From: an uncultured Rikenellaceae bacterium
GTDB lineage: Bacteria > Bacteroidota > Bacteroidia > Bacteroidales > VadinHA17
Direction of reading: 5' to 3'
DNA length: 64,000 bases
Assembly (NCBI GenBank): GCA_963802145.1
Contig: CAWDHN010000006.1
Coordinates: forward strand, 7,434 to 71,433
The translations under genes and the position numbers were made by a program. Positions 38,309 to 49,200 of this stretch are shown in pieces; the stretch's first letter is position 1, and the number at the start of each line of letters is the position of its first letter. A model generated the notes under the pieces. It worked only from the letters and a program-made list of their open reading frames with translations, ran no database searches and was not told where the DNA came from.

Positions 38309-39561
38309 TGCACGGCATGATGGTTTACGCAGTTGAGAGCAGCGTCTGCCTGACCCTGCTCTGGGCCTTTCACGAGATAGCCCTCAGGCGCGACACCCGT
38401 CACAGGAGGAACAGGTCCTTCCTCCTCGGGTCAATGATCTTTTCCCTGGTGGTGCCCCTGCTGAACATAAGAATAGAGGTACCCGCCGGCCTGCTGCAGG
38501 CGGGCGGACTGGCCTCCTTTCTGCTGCCGGAGACGGTTGTCACCCCGGCAGGATCAGAACAGTACGCAGGCATATTTAGCGGCCTGCTTCCCCGGATATA
38601 TATAATAGGTGTGATTATTTCCGCGGGATCCATTGTCACAGGCGCCGCGTGGCTTATAAAACTTACGCTTAAGGGGAGGAGGAACGGAAGGGTGATAGTC
38701 TTCGACTCAGACAGTCACGCCTGTTTTTCAGCTTTTGGCTTTGTCTTCATCAGCAGTTCGGTCTCTGATGGCGATGCCGGGCGCATGATCAACCACGAGA
38801 TGAAGCATATCGGGCTCGGGCATCACACCGACCTTCTGATAGCCGGACTCATTACATTAGTACAGTGGTTCAATCCTGCCGCATACCTGATTCGGAGGTC
38901 ACTTCAGTCTGTCCATGAATATGAGGCTGACAGTGAATGTATTACCGGCGGTGAAGATCCGGTCTCATACCAGGAGCTGCTGCTTGCCTATGTCTTCCGG
39001 AGCCCTGCTCCGGTCTTTTCAAATACCTTCTCAAAAAGATCACTCCTTAAAAACCGAATAATCATGATGACAAAGAAAAGAACGGGAGGCAGCGCTTCCC
39101 TGAAGTTGATCCTGGCAATTCCGCTTGCCCTGGTGATGATACTCATGTTTTCCTGCAAGGACCGCAGTGAAGTGCAGAAAGAAACAGCCGCGGTGATGGA
39201 AAAGGCAGCACCTGCCGCTGACGAATATGTAGCCCCCGACGAAGTGTTTATGGTTGTTGAAAAGATGCCCGTCTTCCGGAATGACACCACCTACGCCGAA
39301 CTGGGGAAGTGGATTGGTGCGAATGTACAATACCCTGCCGAAGCAGCCCAGAAGGGGATACAGGGCAGAGTATTTGTCAGATTCACTATTGACTACAAGG
39401 GTAATGTTAAAGATCCGGAAATTGTAAAGAGTGTCGATCCGCTTCTTGACAAGGCCGCCATAGATGTGATCTCAGCCTGCCCCCAATGGAGCCCCGGCTT
39501 ACAGGGAGGCAAACCGGTAAATGTCGGCATGACCATACCGATAAGCTTCGCACTGAACTGA
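38305..39561 (+). CDS. BlaR1-like M56 peptidase sensor with a TonB C-terminal domain
   Basis: 418 aa, multi-TM, with the HEMKH zinc motif (INHEMKHIGLGHH). The C-terminus is TonB-like (PEAAQKGIQGRVFVRFTIDYKGNV). Confidence 0.85.
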   Translation: MMHGMMVYAVESSVCLTLLWAFHEIALRRDTRHRRNRSFLLGSMIFSLVVPLLNIRIEVPAGLLQAGGLASFLLPETVVTPAGSEQYAGIFSGLLPRIYIIGVIISAGSIVTGAAWLIKLTLKGRRNGRVIVFDSDSHACFSAFGFVFISSSVSDGDAGRMINHEMKHIGLGHHTDLLIAGLITLVQWFNPAAYLIRRSLQSVHEYEADSECITGGEDPVSYQELLLAYVFRSPAPVFSNTFSKRSLLKNRIIMMTKKRTGGSASLKLILAIPLALVMILMFSCKDRSEVQKETAAVMEKAAPAADEYVAPDEVFMVVEKMPVFRNDTTYAELGKWIGANVQYPAEAAQKGIQGRVFVRFTIDYKGNVKDPEIVKSVDPLLDKAAIDVISACPQWSPGLQGGKPVNVGMTIPISFALN

Positions 39562-39576
39562 TTTTTACAGATTGGA

Positions 39577-39604
39577 TAAAAGAGGCCCCGCGCCTCTTTT
39601 TTTT
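39577..39604 (+). terminator. Intrinsic terminator after the blaR1-like gene
   Basis: AGAGGC-CCCGC-GCCTCT flanked by an A-run and an 8-T run. Confidence 0.6.
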
Positions 39605-39633
39605 CACATTATCATTTTTGTACATTTGCCCGT

Positions 39634-40686
39634 ATGCAAACGGGCATTTTTTCATTTGAGAAGAGAGTAGAGGCCTTCGCAGCCCTGGGAAAGGTGATGC
39701 GCGACGGAGCTGCAGGCGTGACTGCAGGCCATGCCGGTCGCTTCGCGAGGCTCATTGATACCCTTCACCTTTCTAACCCCTGGTTCACGCCTGACAACGT
39801 AAGGCGCGCCGTGGCAGCCATCGGCAACAATCTTACCCCGGAGAAGCTGCACCGGTGGCTCTCGGCCTACCCCGGGGTGATGGAAGAGCATGAACCCGCT
39901 ACCGTCGGTGTGGTAATGGCCGGCAACATACCCCTCGTAGGCTTCCATGACCTCCTCTGCGTATTGATAACCGGCAACAGGCTGCAGGCAAAGCTGAGCA
40001 GCAAGGATGAACCGCTTATGCAGGCAGTGACCGGAACTCTGACTGACCTTGAACCCTCTTTCGGCAACCTGATTGATATTACCAATGACAGGCTGAAGGG
40101 ATTTGACATGGTGATAGCCACCGGCAGCAACAACACCTCAAGGTACTTTGAATACTACTTCAGGAGAGTTCCGTCCATAATACGCCGTAACCGGAACAGC
40201 ATCGCCATACTGGACGGAACCGAGACCCCTGACGAGCTTGATCTTCTCGGTGACGATATCTTCGCCTACTTCGGCCTTGGCTGCCGCAACGTTTCAAAGC
40301 TGTTTCTCCCGGAAGGGTATGACCCTGCAAACCTGCTTAAATTCTGGCACAGGTATGAGCTTCTCCGGTTGCACGGCAAATATGCAGTGAACTATGACCA
40401 CAATAAGGCCATAATGATTGTCAACAGGGAGCCCTTCATTGACGGGGGGTTCGTTCTGCTAAGGGAGGCACCCTCACTGGCTCCTCCCATGGCGGTAGTT
40501 CACTATGAGTTTTACGGCGCCGGAATTGCGACTGAGCAGTTGTCCGAAACGGACAAAAACATGCTTCAGTGCGTTGCAGGTCATGGCCGCCTTCCCTTTG
40601 GCAAATCGCAACAGCCCGAATTATGGGAATATGCAGACAATATTGATACAATTTCCTTCGTTCTAAAAAAAAATAGTATACGGTGA
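39634..40686 (+). CDS. Acyl-CoA reductase (LuxC-like)
   Basis: 350 aa. Its length and sequence pattern (VVMAGNIPLVGFHD, GLGCRNVSK) match the acyl-CoA reductase family common in Bacteroidota, as I remember it. Confidence 0.7.
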   Translation: MQTGIFSFEKRVEAFAALGKVMRDGAAGVTAGHAGRFARLIDTLHLSNPWFTPDNVRRAVAAIGNNLTPEKLHRWLSAYPGVMEEHEPATVGVVMAGNIPLVGFHDLLCVLITGNRLQAKLSSKDEPLMQAVTGTLTDLEPSFGNLIDITNDRLKGFDMVIATGSNNTSRYFEYYFRRVPSIIRRNRNSIAILDGTETPDELDLLGDDIFAYFGLGCRNVSKLFLPEGYDPANLLKFWHRYELLRLHGKYAVNYDHNKAIMIVNREPFIDGGFVLLREAPSLAPPMAVVHYEFYGAGIATEQLSETDKNMLQCVAGHGRLPFGKSQQPELWEYADNIDTISFVLKKNSIR

Positions 40687-40734
40687 ACGTATATTAAAAA
40701 ACATTAAATTGCACAGGTTGAAACTGAGAGTGAC

Positions 40735-41298
40735 ATGGTTTACAGGTTTGTGGTGTTAACTGATGAAGATGAGGCGTTTATCCGGGAGTTTGAGTTTCTT
40801 GACAGTCAGACTCTGCTCGATTTTCACCTTGCCCTGCAGGAAGAGCTTGAGTTTGACAGATCTCAGATAGCTTCATTCTATCTGGCTACAGAGAGCTGGG
40901 AGAAGGAGGAGGAGTTTACGCTCTTCGACATGGGCGCCGGCTCATCGACGATGGAAAATGCCGTTCTGGAAGATGTCATTTTCAGAAAGAACCAGAAACT
41001 TCTCTATGTATTTGACTTTTTCAATGACAGGGCTCTCTTTGTAGAGTATGTAGGTGAAGTAAAGGAAGATGATGGCAGGGAATACCCGGCCTGCACCAAC
41101 TCGAAGGGTTTGCCTCCCAAGCAGATCACCTTCGGCGGTGTCGCCCGCAAGAAATACAACAATCTCGTTGTCACTGATGACGACGAAGACGATGTTGACG
41201 AGGAGGTCATTGACGACGAGATCTTCTTTGAAGGTGACGATGAAGAAGATTTGTCTGAGTTCGACAACATCGAAAAGCTTGATGATGAGGAGGAATAG
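40735..41298 (+). CDS. Hypothetical protein with a poly-acidic C-terminal tail, possibly pRiA4b ORF-3-like fold
   Basis: 187 aa. The N-terminal 120 aa look globular (LLYVFDFFNDRALFVEYVG). The C-terminal 50 aa are almost entirely D/E. The family guess is weak. Confidence 0.45.
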   Translation: MVYRFVVLTDEDEAFIREFEFLDSQTLLDFHLALQEELEFDRSQIASFYLATESWEKEEEFTLFDMGAGSSTMENAVLEDVIFRKNQKLLYVFDFFNDRALFVEYVGEVKEDDGREYPACTNSKGLPPKQITFGGVARKKYNNLVVTDDDEDDVDEEVIDDEIFFEGDDEEDLSEFDNIEKLDDEEE

Positions 41299-41319
41299 CA
41301 CCTCCCATTTCCTGATCAC

Positions 41320-42225
41320 ATGAAAAATACCCTTATTGTTCTTCCCGGCCCCACCGGCGTGGGGAAGACGGAGTTTGCCATGGAGCTGGCCTCAAGACTG
41401 CATTGTGACATCATCTCATGTGACTCGAGGCAGTTCTACCGTGAGATGCGGATAGGCACTGCCGCTCCCGATGATGACCAGCTGGCAAGGGTAAAACACC
41501 ATTTCATCCGTTTCCTCTCCGTTACCGATTACTACAGCATCAGCCTCTTTGAACGCGATGTGATGGCACTACTGCCCTCTCTGTTCTCCCGGAACCCGGT
41601 TGCAGTGATGACCGGAGGATCAATGCTATATATGGATGCCGTCTGCCGCGGGATGGACGATATCCCCGATACGGATCCGGCCGTCAGGCAGAAATATATA
41701 GAAATGTACCAGCGTGAAGGCATTGAAGGACTCCGCCTGGCACTTAAGATGGTTGACCCTGTCCATTATGCCAGGGTCGATCTGCACAATCCCCGCCGGA
41801 TCATGCGTGCCCTTGAGATCACCGGGAGCACCGGCAGGCCCTACTCCTCCTTTCTTACTGCTTCAACCAGGGAGCGCAGTTTCAGGATAATAAAGGCAGG
41901 ACTGACGCGTGAGAGGGGCGAGCTTTACCGGAGGATAGACAAAAGGGTTGATATTATGCTTGAACAGGGACTTGAAGAGGAGGCAGCTTCACTTGTCGGT
42001 TACCGGGGACTCAATGCACTTAACACTGTCGGTTACCGTGAAATGTTCAGCTTTTTTGACGGGCTCATTACCCGTGAGCAGGCTGTCGGCCTGATAAAGA
42101 GGAACAGCAGGCGGTATGCGCGCAAACAACTTACATGGTGGAACAGGGACAGTGAGATAAAATGGTTCGATGCCTCTGACAGCATGGAGATAATCAACCG
42201 GATAGAAGGGCAAATGGCTGACTGA
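41320..42225 (+). CDS. miaA: tRNA dimethylallyltransferase
   Basis: P-loop GPTGVGKT, followed by SCDSRQFYREMRIGTA. Confidence 0.95.
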   Translation: MKNTLIVLPGPTGVGKTEFAMELASRLHCDIISCDSRQFYREMRIGTAAPDDDQLARVKHHFIRFLSVTDYYSISLFERDVMALLPSLFSRNPVAVMTGGSMLYMDAVCRGMDDIPDTDPAVRQKYIEMYQREGIEGLRLALKMVDPVHYARVDLHNPRRIMRALEITGSTGRPYSSFLTASTRERSFRIIKAGLTRERGELYRRIDKRVDIMLEQGLEEEAASLVGYRGLNALNTVGYREMFSFFDGLITREQAVGLIKRNSRRYARKQLTWWNRDSEIKWFDASDSMEIINRIEGQMAD

Positions 42226-42233
42226 CACCGGTT

Positions 42234-42887
42234 TTAAACAGGCTCCCTGAGCCTGCGGATCACCTCTGCAGGGTCAGACGACGAGAAGACTGTGTTTCCG
42301 GCCACAAGCACATCTGCTCCTGCATGAATCAGCACGGGCGCATTCTGAAGATCGATGCCTCCGTCAACCTCTATCAGGACATCATAGCCGCCTTCATCAA
42401 TCATGCTTCTCAGTTCACCTATCTTGTTTATGCTGCCGGGGATAAAGGTCTGTCCTCCGTAGCCCGGATTAACGGTCATAAGAAGCACCATGTCGATGTA
42501 GGGCAGGATGTCCCTGAGAAGCATCACCGGGGAGTGCGGGTTGAGCGTCACCCCGGCCTTCATGCCCAGCCTGCGTATCTCTGTCACCGTGCGGTGGAGG
42601 TTCTGGCAGGTTTCATAATGGACCGTCAGGGTTGATGCCCCTGCATCCCGGAATCGTTCCAGATACCTGTCAGGGTCAACTATCATCAGATGAACATCGA
42701 GGGGCTTGACGGACAGATCGCGTACGGCCTCAATTACCGGGAATCCGAATGAGATGTTCGGCACAAAGACGCCGTCCATGATGTCAAGGTGCAGCCAGTC
42801 GGCCACACTGTCATTTATCATCTCAACTTCAGATGCAAGGTTCGCAAAGTCAGCGGCAAGAAGTGACGGGGCTACAAGGTGGCTCAT
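42234..42887 (-). CDS. rpe: Ribulose-phosphate 3-epimerase
   Basis: 217 aa containing APSLLAADF, HLDIMDG.FVPN and VNPG.GGQ.F. Confidence 0.96.
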   Translation of the reverse strand: MSHLVAPSLLAADFANLASEVEMINDSVADWLHLDIMDGVFVPNISFGFPVIEAVRDLSVKPLDVHLMIVDPDRYLERFRDAGASTLTVHYETCQNLHRTVTEIRRLGMKAGVTLNPHSPVMLLRDILPYIDMVLLMTVNPGYGGQTFIPGSINKIGELRSMIDEGGYDVLIEVDGGIDLQNAPVLIHAGADVLVAGNTVFSSSDPAEVIRRLREPV

Positions 42888-42911
42888 GACAAACGGATCT
42901 GAATTACATTA

Positions 42912-43781
42912 TTACCCCAGGTAAGACTTGAGTATGCGGCAGCGCGTTGTGAACTGAATACGTTTTATGGCCTTCTCCTTTATCTGTCTCACCCGTTCAC
43001 GCGTGAGCTTCAGCTCCTCTCCTATCTCCTCCAGTGTGAAGGGGTGTTTCATGCCAATGCCGAAGTAAAGCTTCAGCACCCTGGCTTCACGCGGTGAAAG
43101 TGTATTTAGGGCCTTCTCTATCTCGTACGAAAGTGATTCATTGATGAGATTGCGGTCAGGGCTCGGAGTGTCTTCGCTCTGCATCACGTCGTACATGTTG
43201 TTGTCCTCCTCCGAGCTTATGGGAGCGTCCATGCTCAGCGTCCTGCCGTTGGTGCGTATGGCCTCCTTCACATCCTCAGGGGCTATCTCCAGCAGATCTG
43301 CAATCTCCTGGGCCGATGGCTCCCTCTCGTACTCCTGTTCGAGCTTTGAATATGCCCTGTTGATCCGGTTGATTGACCCGATCTTGTTCACGGGAAGCCT
43401 GACTATTCTCGCCTGTTCGGCCAGCGACTGCAGTATGGCCTGCCTGATCCACCATACGGCATAAGAAATGAATTTAAAACCCCGGGTCTCGTCAAACCTC
43501 TGGGCAGCCTTGATAAGCCCGAGATTTCCTTCGTTGATAAGATCAGGGAGGGTCATGCCCTGGTTCTGATACTGCTTTGCCACTGATACCACAAACCTCA
43601 GGTTGGCCTTTACAAGCCTTGCAAGGGCATCATGATCACCGGCCCTTATGCGCCGAGCCAGCGAAACCTCCTCCTCTGGTGAGATCAGTTCAACCTTGCC
43701 TATCTCCTGCAGATACTTGTCAAGAGAAGGAGTGTCACGGTTGGTGACCTGCTTGGTTATTTTTAACTGACGCATTGACAA
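42912..43781 (-). CDS. rpoD: Primary RNA polymerase sigma factor (Bacteroidota short sigma-A type)
   Basis: 289 aa with sigma-70 regions 2-4 ([50 protein letters not shown]). Confidence 0.93.
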   Translation of the reverse strand: MSMRQLKITKQVTNRDTPSLDKYLQEIGKVELISPEEEVSLARRIRAGDHDALARLVKANLRFVVSVAKQYQNQGMTLPDLINEGNLGLIKAAQRFDETRGFKFISYAVWWIRQAILQSLAEQARIVRLPVNKIGSINRINRAYSKLEQEYEREPSAQEIADLLEIAPEDVKEAIRTNGRTLSMDAPISSEEDNNMYDVMQSEDTPSPDRNLINESLSYEIEKALNTLSPREARVLKLYFGIGMKHPFTLEEIGEELKLTRERVRQIKEKAIKRIQFTTRCRILKSYLG

Positions 43782-44081
43782 TAACTTAGAAAACTCCCTG
43801 CCGTTTTTTTAAGCAAAAGCCTACAATTCTAATAAATTTTTCTCAAAAAAACAACTAATGTGCAAGTTTTCATTAAATATACCTCAAAAACCTCTAAAAT
43901 CAATATATATGCTCATGCCAGAGGTCTATTTTTACACTGGTTATTTGCATTTTAACGATTTTATGCTTACCATTGCACCGGAATACCGACGCGAGTCGGT
44001 TCTTCAGTCGGCGGGGTCTATTTCATTCCCCACTTCACCAAAAAAATCAATCGTACTTACTTTTCTACACATTTTCAAAAC

Positions 44082-46187
44082 ATGCATGATATTCTTGAAC
44101 TGAGCGAAATGCTTGTTCCCGAATTGAGGGAAATAGCGAAGCAGCTCAAAATTAAGAGGGCAGAGCTCCTCAAGAAACAGGATCTCATATATAAGATCCT
44201 TGATCAGCAGGCCATAGATGCTGCTGACACCCGTAAAACAGCCAGAATTGAAGGCCCGTCGCCCGACAGGCAGGCGGACCGCTCCGGTCAGCAGCAGAAA
44301 CAGCCTGACAGGCCCAGGCCACCGCAGCAACAGCAGAAACCCAGGGGGCCGAAGCCCCAGGGGCAGCAGCAGAGGCCGCCGCAACCGCAGGACCAGCGGC
44401 AGCAGAAGCCTCAGCAGCCACAGGGACCGAAGCCAAACCAGCCTCAGCAGCAATCGCAGCCGCAATTGCCTGGCCAGCCACAGCAGCAGAACCAGCAGAG
44501 GCCACCGCAACAGAACCAGCAGCAACAGAGCCAGCCGCAGCCCGGACAACCCCAGCAGGGACCGGCACAGGGTCAGCCTCAGAGACAGCCGCAGCAGCAG
44601 AGGCCGCAACAGCCGCAGAAGTGGAACCAAAACCGCAATAAACGGCCGCGCACCTACAATAATGACCAGCCGGATCAAAGAAGGCCTGATGGTGATCGTC
44701 AGCCCCAGCAGCAGCAATCAATCCCTGCTGCTCCCGGAAGAGAGACGCCTCAGACTCAGTCACAGTCACAGCAGCCGCAGCAGAACCAACAGCAGCAGAA
44801 CCAGCCGCAATATAGCCAGCCGCAGCAGAACCATCCGCAGCCTCAGTCGCAGCCCGACAGGCCCATGTTTGCTTCCGAACAGGTCAATGAGCATGATCAG
44901 GATCTGCTCCGATTCAGCGAACCTGAAAATGATACACACATCATTGAAGCGGCGGCAACATCCGATGCATCGGTTATACTTCCTCCTGCCGCTCCTGAAG
45001 CCGTACCCGGCCACCATGATATTCCGGAGCCTGTAAGGGAAGAGAGAAAGGAAAGAGCATACGATTTTGAAGGTATAGTAGCCAACACCGGTGTACTGGA
45101 GATAATGCCCGACGGTTACGGGTTCCTCCGTTCTCCGGATTACAACTACCTCAGCTCACCTGATGACATATACGTATCACAGTCGCAGATAAAGCTCTTC
45201 GGGCTTAAGACCGGAGACACCATCAGGGGTACTATCCGCCCGCCGCGTGAGGGAGAGAAGTATTTCCCGCTCATAAAGGTTGAAGAGATCAACGGCCGCA
45301 CTCCTGATTTCATCCGTGACAGGGTGCCGTTCGATTACCTCACTCCGCTTTTCCCAAATGAAAAATTCACGCTCTGCAAACCCGGTGAAGGAAACCTGTC
45401 AGTGCGTATCGTTGACATGTTCTGCCCGATAGGCAAGGGACAGCGCGGCCTGATAGTGGCACAGCCCAAGACAGGTAAGACGATCCTCCTTCAGGATATT
45501 GCCAACGCAATTGCCAAATTCCATCCGGAGGTCTACCTGATGATCCTCCTCATAGATGAACGTCCAGAAGAGGTGACTGAGATGGCTCGCAACGTCAACG
45601 CCGAGGTCATCGCCTCTACCTTTGACGAACCTGCCGAGAGGCACGTGCGTATCGCCACCATAGTTCAGGAAAAGGCCAAGAGGCTTGTCGAGTGCGGTCA
45701 TGACGTGGTCATACTCCTTGACTCCATCACCCGCCTTGCAAGAGCATTCAATACCATAGCTCCCGCATCAGGCAAGGTTCTCTCGGGCGGTGTTGATTCC
45801 AACGCCCTGCATAAACCGAAGAGGTTCTTCGGCGCAGCACGCAACATTGAGAACGGAGGCTCACTAACCATCATCGCCACCGCCCTCACAGACACCGGGT
45901 CAAAAATGGATGATGTCATCTTTGAAGAGTTCAAGGGTACGGGTAACATGGAGCTCCAGCTCGACCGCAAGCTGTCAAACAGGAGGATATTCCCTTCCAT
46001 AGACATACCTGCCTCAAGCACACGGCGCGAAGACCTGCTGCTCGACAGGAACATGCTGAGCAAGATATGGATACTCCGCAACTACCTCACCGACATGAAC
46101 TCGGTGGAAGCCATGGAATTCCTGCGTGACCGCATAACCCAGACACGCTCCAATGAGGAGTTCCTTATTTCGATGAACAGCGAATAA
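44082..46187 (+). CDS. rho: Transcription termination factor Rho with a Q/P-rich insertion of about 280 aa
   Basis: Rho_N ([18 protein letters not shown]), a low-complexity insert at aa 46-325, a CSD/OB domain ([14 protein letters not shown]), and an ATPase domain ([17 protein letters not shown]). Confidence 0.97.
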   Translation: MHDILELSEMLVPELREIAKQLKIKRAELLKKQDLIYKILDQQAIDAADTRKTARIEGPSPDRQADRSGQQQKQPDRPRPPQQQQKPRGPKPQGQQQRPPQPQDQRQQKPQQPQGPKPNQPQQQSQPQLPGQPQQQNQQRPPQQNQQQQSQPQPGQPQQGPAQGQPQRQPQQQRPQQPQKWNQNRNKRPRTYNNDQPDQRRPDGDRQPQQQQSIPAAPGRETPQTQSQSQQPQQNQQQQNQPQYSQPQQNHPQPQSQPDRPMFASEQVNEHDQDLLRFSEPENDTHIIEAAATSDASVILPPAAPEAVPGHHDIPEPVREERKERAYDFEGIVANTGVLEIMPDGYGFLRSPDYNYLSSPDDIYVSQSQIKLFGLKTGDTIRGTIRPPREGEKYFPLIKVEEINGRTPDFIRDRVPFDYLTPLFPNEKFTLCKPGEGNLSVRIVDMFCPIGKGQRGLIVAQPKTGKTILLQDIANAIAKFHPEVYLMILLIDERPEEVTEMARNVNAEVIASTFDEPAERHVRIATIVQEKAKRLVECGHDVVILLDSITRLARAFNTIAPASGKVLSGGVDSNALHKPKRFFGAARNIENGGSLTIIATALTDTGSKMDDVIFEEFKGTGNMELQLDRKLSNRRIFPSIDIPASSTRREDLLLDRNMLSKIWILRNYLTDMNSVEAMEFLRDRITQTRSNEEFLISMNSE

Positions 46188-46263
46188 AATTCCGGAAAAA
46201 ATCCGTAAATTTGCAGTTTATTTTTTTAAAGGTTATTTGATCACTAATCATTCATAATCAGAA

Positions 46264-49200
46264 ATGGCAACAAAAAAATTCATTACTTGTGACGGCAACC
46301 AGGCAGCGTCGCACATTGCTTATATGTTCAGCGAAGTGGCCTGCATCTATCCAATCACTCCCTCGTCCACCATGGCAGAATATGTCGATGAGTGGGCAGC
46401 TCACGGACTGAAGAACATGTTCGGCGAGGAGGTAAAGGTGGTTGAGATGCAGAGCGAAGCGGGTGCTGCGGGCGCAGTGCACGGTTCACTGCAGTCGGGT
46501 GCCCTTACTTCAACATTCACGGCTTCACAGGGGCTGCTTCTTATGATCCCCAACATGTATAAGATCTCCGGTGAACTTCTTCCGGGTGTGTTTCATGTCA
46601 GTGCCCGTACTGTAGCAGGTCATGCACTCTCAATCTTCGGTGACCACGGCGACATCTACGCAACGCGCCAGACAGGTTTTGCACTGCTTGCAAGCGGCGG
46701 CATCCAGGAGATAATGGACCTCGCCGGGGTGGCTCACCTCGCCTCGATTAAATCAAGGGTCCCCTTCCTTCATTTCTTTGACGGCTTCCGTTCTTCACAC
46801 GAGATCCAGAAGATCGAAGAGCTTGGCATCGAAGACATGAAAAAGCTCGTCGACATGGATGCACTGCAGGCCTTCCGAGACAGGGCGCTCAATCCCGAGC
46901 ATCCTGTGACAAGAGGAACGGCGCAGAACCCTGACATCTTCTTTCAGGCAAAAGAGGCCTCAAACCCGTTCTACACAAATCTTGACGATACGGTCAATGA
47001 GTACATGGAAAAAGTATCCGCTCTCACCGGTCGTCAGTACAAGCCATTCACATACTACGGCGCACCTGATGCTGAGAACATAATCATTGCCATGGGATCG
47101 GTTACTGAGACCATCATGGAGGTCATTGATTACCTGGCTGAAACGAAGGGCGAAAAGCTCGGCCTCATCTCAGTACATCTTTACAGGCCCTTCTCGGCCA
47201 AATACCTGTTCAATGTTCTTCCAGAGAGCGTGAAGCGCATCACCGTGCTTGACCGCACCAAGGAACCGGGTGCAAACGGAGAGCCGCTCTACCTGGATGT
47301 TAGTGAAGTCTTCTATGACAGACCTACCCGCCCGGTGATCATCGGCGGCCGTTACGGCCTGAGCTCAAAAGACACCACCCCGGCTCAGATAATATCCGTC
47401 TTCGAGAACATGAAGAAGGAGAAATTCATGAACCAGTTTACGGTAGGTATCGTTGACGATGTCACCTTCAGGTCACTCCCTGTCATCCCGGAGATAAACG
47501 TAAGCCACAAGGGTACATACTCCGCTAAGTTTTACGGCATCGGCGCCGATGGCACCGTGGGTGCAAACAAAGCCTCCATAAAGATCATCGGTGACACCAC
47601 TGACAAATACTGCCAGGCATACTTCGCCTATGACTCCAAGAAATCAGGCGGCGTGACAACATCACACCTCCGCTTCGGCGACCAGCCGATACGATCGCCG
47701 TACCTTGTCAACACACCCGACTTCGTGGCCTGCCACGTACCGGCTTATCTCGACAAGTATGATATGCTCAGGGGCCTGAAGAAGGGAGGAACATTCCTCC
47801 TGAACTCAATCTGGGAGCCGGAGGAGACACTGACCAAACTGCCCGATCACATGAAGAAGTACATGGCAGAGAATAATATCGGCTTCTACATCATCAATGC
47901 CACGGCAATTGCTGAAGAACTGGGATTGGGTACCAGAACCAATACGATAATGCAGAGCGCATTCTTCAAGGTATCTGAAGTCATTCCCTACAAGCTTGCC
48001 GTTGACGAGATGAAGCATGCCGTCATCAAGGCCTACGGCAAGAAGGGTGAGAACATTGTCAAGATGAATAATGATGCCATCGACCGCGGTGGAGACGTTA
48101 CAAAGGTTGAGATACCCGCAGAGTGGGCTTCAATAAAGGTTGTAGCTGACAAGGCTGACCCCCGCAAGCCGGAGTTTATCCGTGAAGTGGTTGATGTGAT
48201 AAACGGCATGAGGGGTGACGACCTTCCGGTCAGCGCATTCCTCGGTCGTGAAGACGGTACATTCCCGGCAGGAACATCAGCTTATGAAAAGCGCGGCATC
48301 GCCGTAAACGTCCCCGAGTGGCAGATGGACAAGTGCATCCAGTGCAACCAGTGTTCATACGTCTGTCCTCACGCTGCCATCCGTCCCTTCCTCCTTACCG
48401 ATGAAGAGCTGGCTGCTGCACCGGAAGGCACGACGGCAAAACAGGGTATCGGCAACACCAAGAGCCACAAGTTCAGGATCCAGGTGAGTGTCTATGACTG
48501 CACCGGTTGCGGTAACTGCGCCGATGTTTGTCCCTCCAAGGAGAAGGCTCTCATCATGAAGCCGCTTGAGACACAGCTTGTCGAGGCTGACAGGTGGACC
48601 TACATGCATGAGAAGGTTGGTTATAAGGATACCGTCGTTGACAAGTTCACCAACGTGAAGAACTCACAGTTTGCACAGCCGCTCTTCGAATTCTCAGGAG
48701 CATGCGCAGGTTGCGGCGAGACACCTTACATCAAGGCCATCACACAGCTTTACGGCGACCGTATGGTCATATCCAACGCCACCGGTTGTTCATCCATCTA
48801 CGGAGGCTCCGCACCATCAATGCCCTATACCGTCAACAGGAACGGCAACGGTCCCGCATGGGCCAACTCTCTCTTTGAAGACAACGCAGAGTACGGCTTT
48901 GGCCTGATGCTGGGTGCCACAAGGATCAGGGAACGCCTCGAGCGCCTTATGAAGGAAAACCTCAACGGCGGACTGGCACCTGACACTGTGGCTGCATTCA
49001 ATGAGTGGATAGCTGAGAAAGACAATGCCAAAGCCAGCAGGACCGTTTCTGAAAAGGTGATTGCTGCATGTGAGAAGGATAAGGCACCCGTTTGCAAGGA
49101 GATACTCGACCTTAAAAAGTACCTGGTGAAGAAATCATACTGGGTCTTTGGCGGCGACGGCTGGGCATATGATATCGGTTACGGCGGTCTTGACCACGTG

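Noticed and set aside
44004-45036. Long ORFs of 237, 194 and 272 aa overlapping the 5' half of rho on other frames and the other strand
   Set aside because: They are created by the CAG/CCG-rich repeat DNA that encodes the Rho Q/P insert. The translations are L/R- or S/R-rich nonsense, and the rho frame is continuous and clearly real.
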